64,000 nt of DNA, taken from positions 37,820,001 through 37,884,000 of the forward strand of contig CM060732.1 in NCBI GenBank assembly GCA_030704615.1, read 5' to 3'. The notes beneath the pieces are model-generated. The model did no database searches, was not told the DNA's origin, and saw nothing but the letters and a program-made list of their open reading frames with translations. Below, piece by piece: positions 63,672-64,000 of the stretch (positions within the stretch are counted from its first letter, which is position 1; each line of letters opens with the position of its first letter). This stretch comes from Takakia lepidozioides. Taxonomy: Eukaryota; Plantae; Bryophyta. Position numbers and translations under genes: made by a program.

Positions 63672-64000
63672 AAGTTGTTTCAAAGAAGGGATAGAGAGAG
63701 ATAGAATAGTCTAGCATCATTATGTATTAGTCATATAGTGCTTTCCCCAGCGAACGAACCTTAGAACTGATTGATCCTCTTTTAGGATTGATTCTAGTTT
63801 TTATTCTACAGATTCCAATGCATCGGTGATTGGGCTTAAAATATCCAGTCAATTAACACAGAACACCATGCAAGTGAAGGACTCCATGTTTGTGGATGAC
63901 ACCTTCCTGATTTTAGACGCCAATCCCGTTACCCTGGAGGCTGCCCTTGACACCCTCACGCAATTCTGTGATGTCTCCGGATTCAGGGTCAATTGGTCAA

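Larger units (their letters stand above)
62363..63810. mobile_element. TG...CA insertion (solo-LTR-like or short-TIR element) nested in the L1 RT
   Basis: Perfect 10-bp inverted ends TGTAGAATAA / TTATTCTACA. 5-bp flanks GACTC / GATTC (one mismatch). AT-rich relative to the host element. Confidence 0.8.
59400..64000 (+). mobile_element. L1-clade LINE (APE endonuclease + RT), degenerate, interrupted at 62363-63810 and running off the window
   Basis: WNIRG, FLQEHK, INIYAPN, LAGDFN, ARLDRIY, KAPGIDG, NYRPITLLN, LDFEKAFD, VRQGCPLAP; resumes with FVDDT...SGFRVNW after 63810. Confidence 0.92.

Overview
Eukaryotic nuclear DNA, most consistent with a non-seed land plant: short GT-AG introns, PLS/DYW PPR genes and many non-LTR retroelement relics. 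Host genes are the 3' end of a LIN/CERBERUS-like WD40 protein, a DYW-PPR pseudogene, an SHYC-type GST, a head-to-head PDRG1-like/TTM3 pair, NBR1 and a SPOUT1 (C9orf114)-like methyltransferase. The outstanding feature is a ~13.4 kb Mutator-like DNA transposon (~44572-57950). It has short terminal inverted repeats and a perfect target-site duplication, and it is inserted into a CRE/R2-type retroelement. It carries a GCM/MULE-DDE/SWIM transposase on the + strand. Divergently, it carries an intron-containing gene that joins a ParB/Srx-like domain (DGNHR) to a bacterial-type beta-class N6/N4 DNA methyltransferase. All three non-coding spaces of the element are filled with different tandem arrays that share one palindromic core, (AAATTC)GGCGCCGAATTT, spaced at about 53, 74 and 95 bp. 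This suggests a transposon-encoded, parS/ParB-like, sequence-specific DNA-marking or anti-silencing system; both genes are degenerate in this copy. An L1 element at the right end is interrupted by a TG..CA insert carrying tandem F-box-like mini-ORFs. All family calls are from motif recognition by eye; no searches were run.
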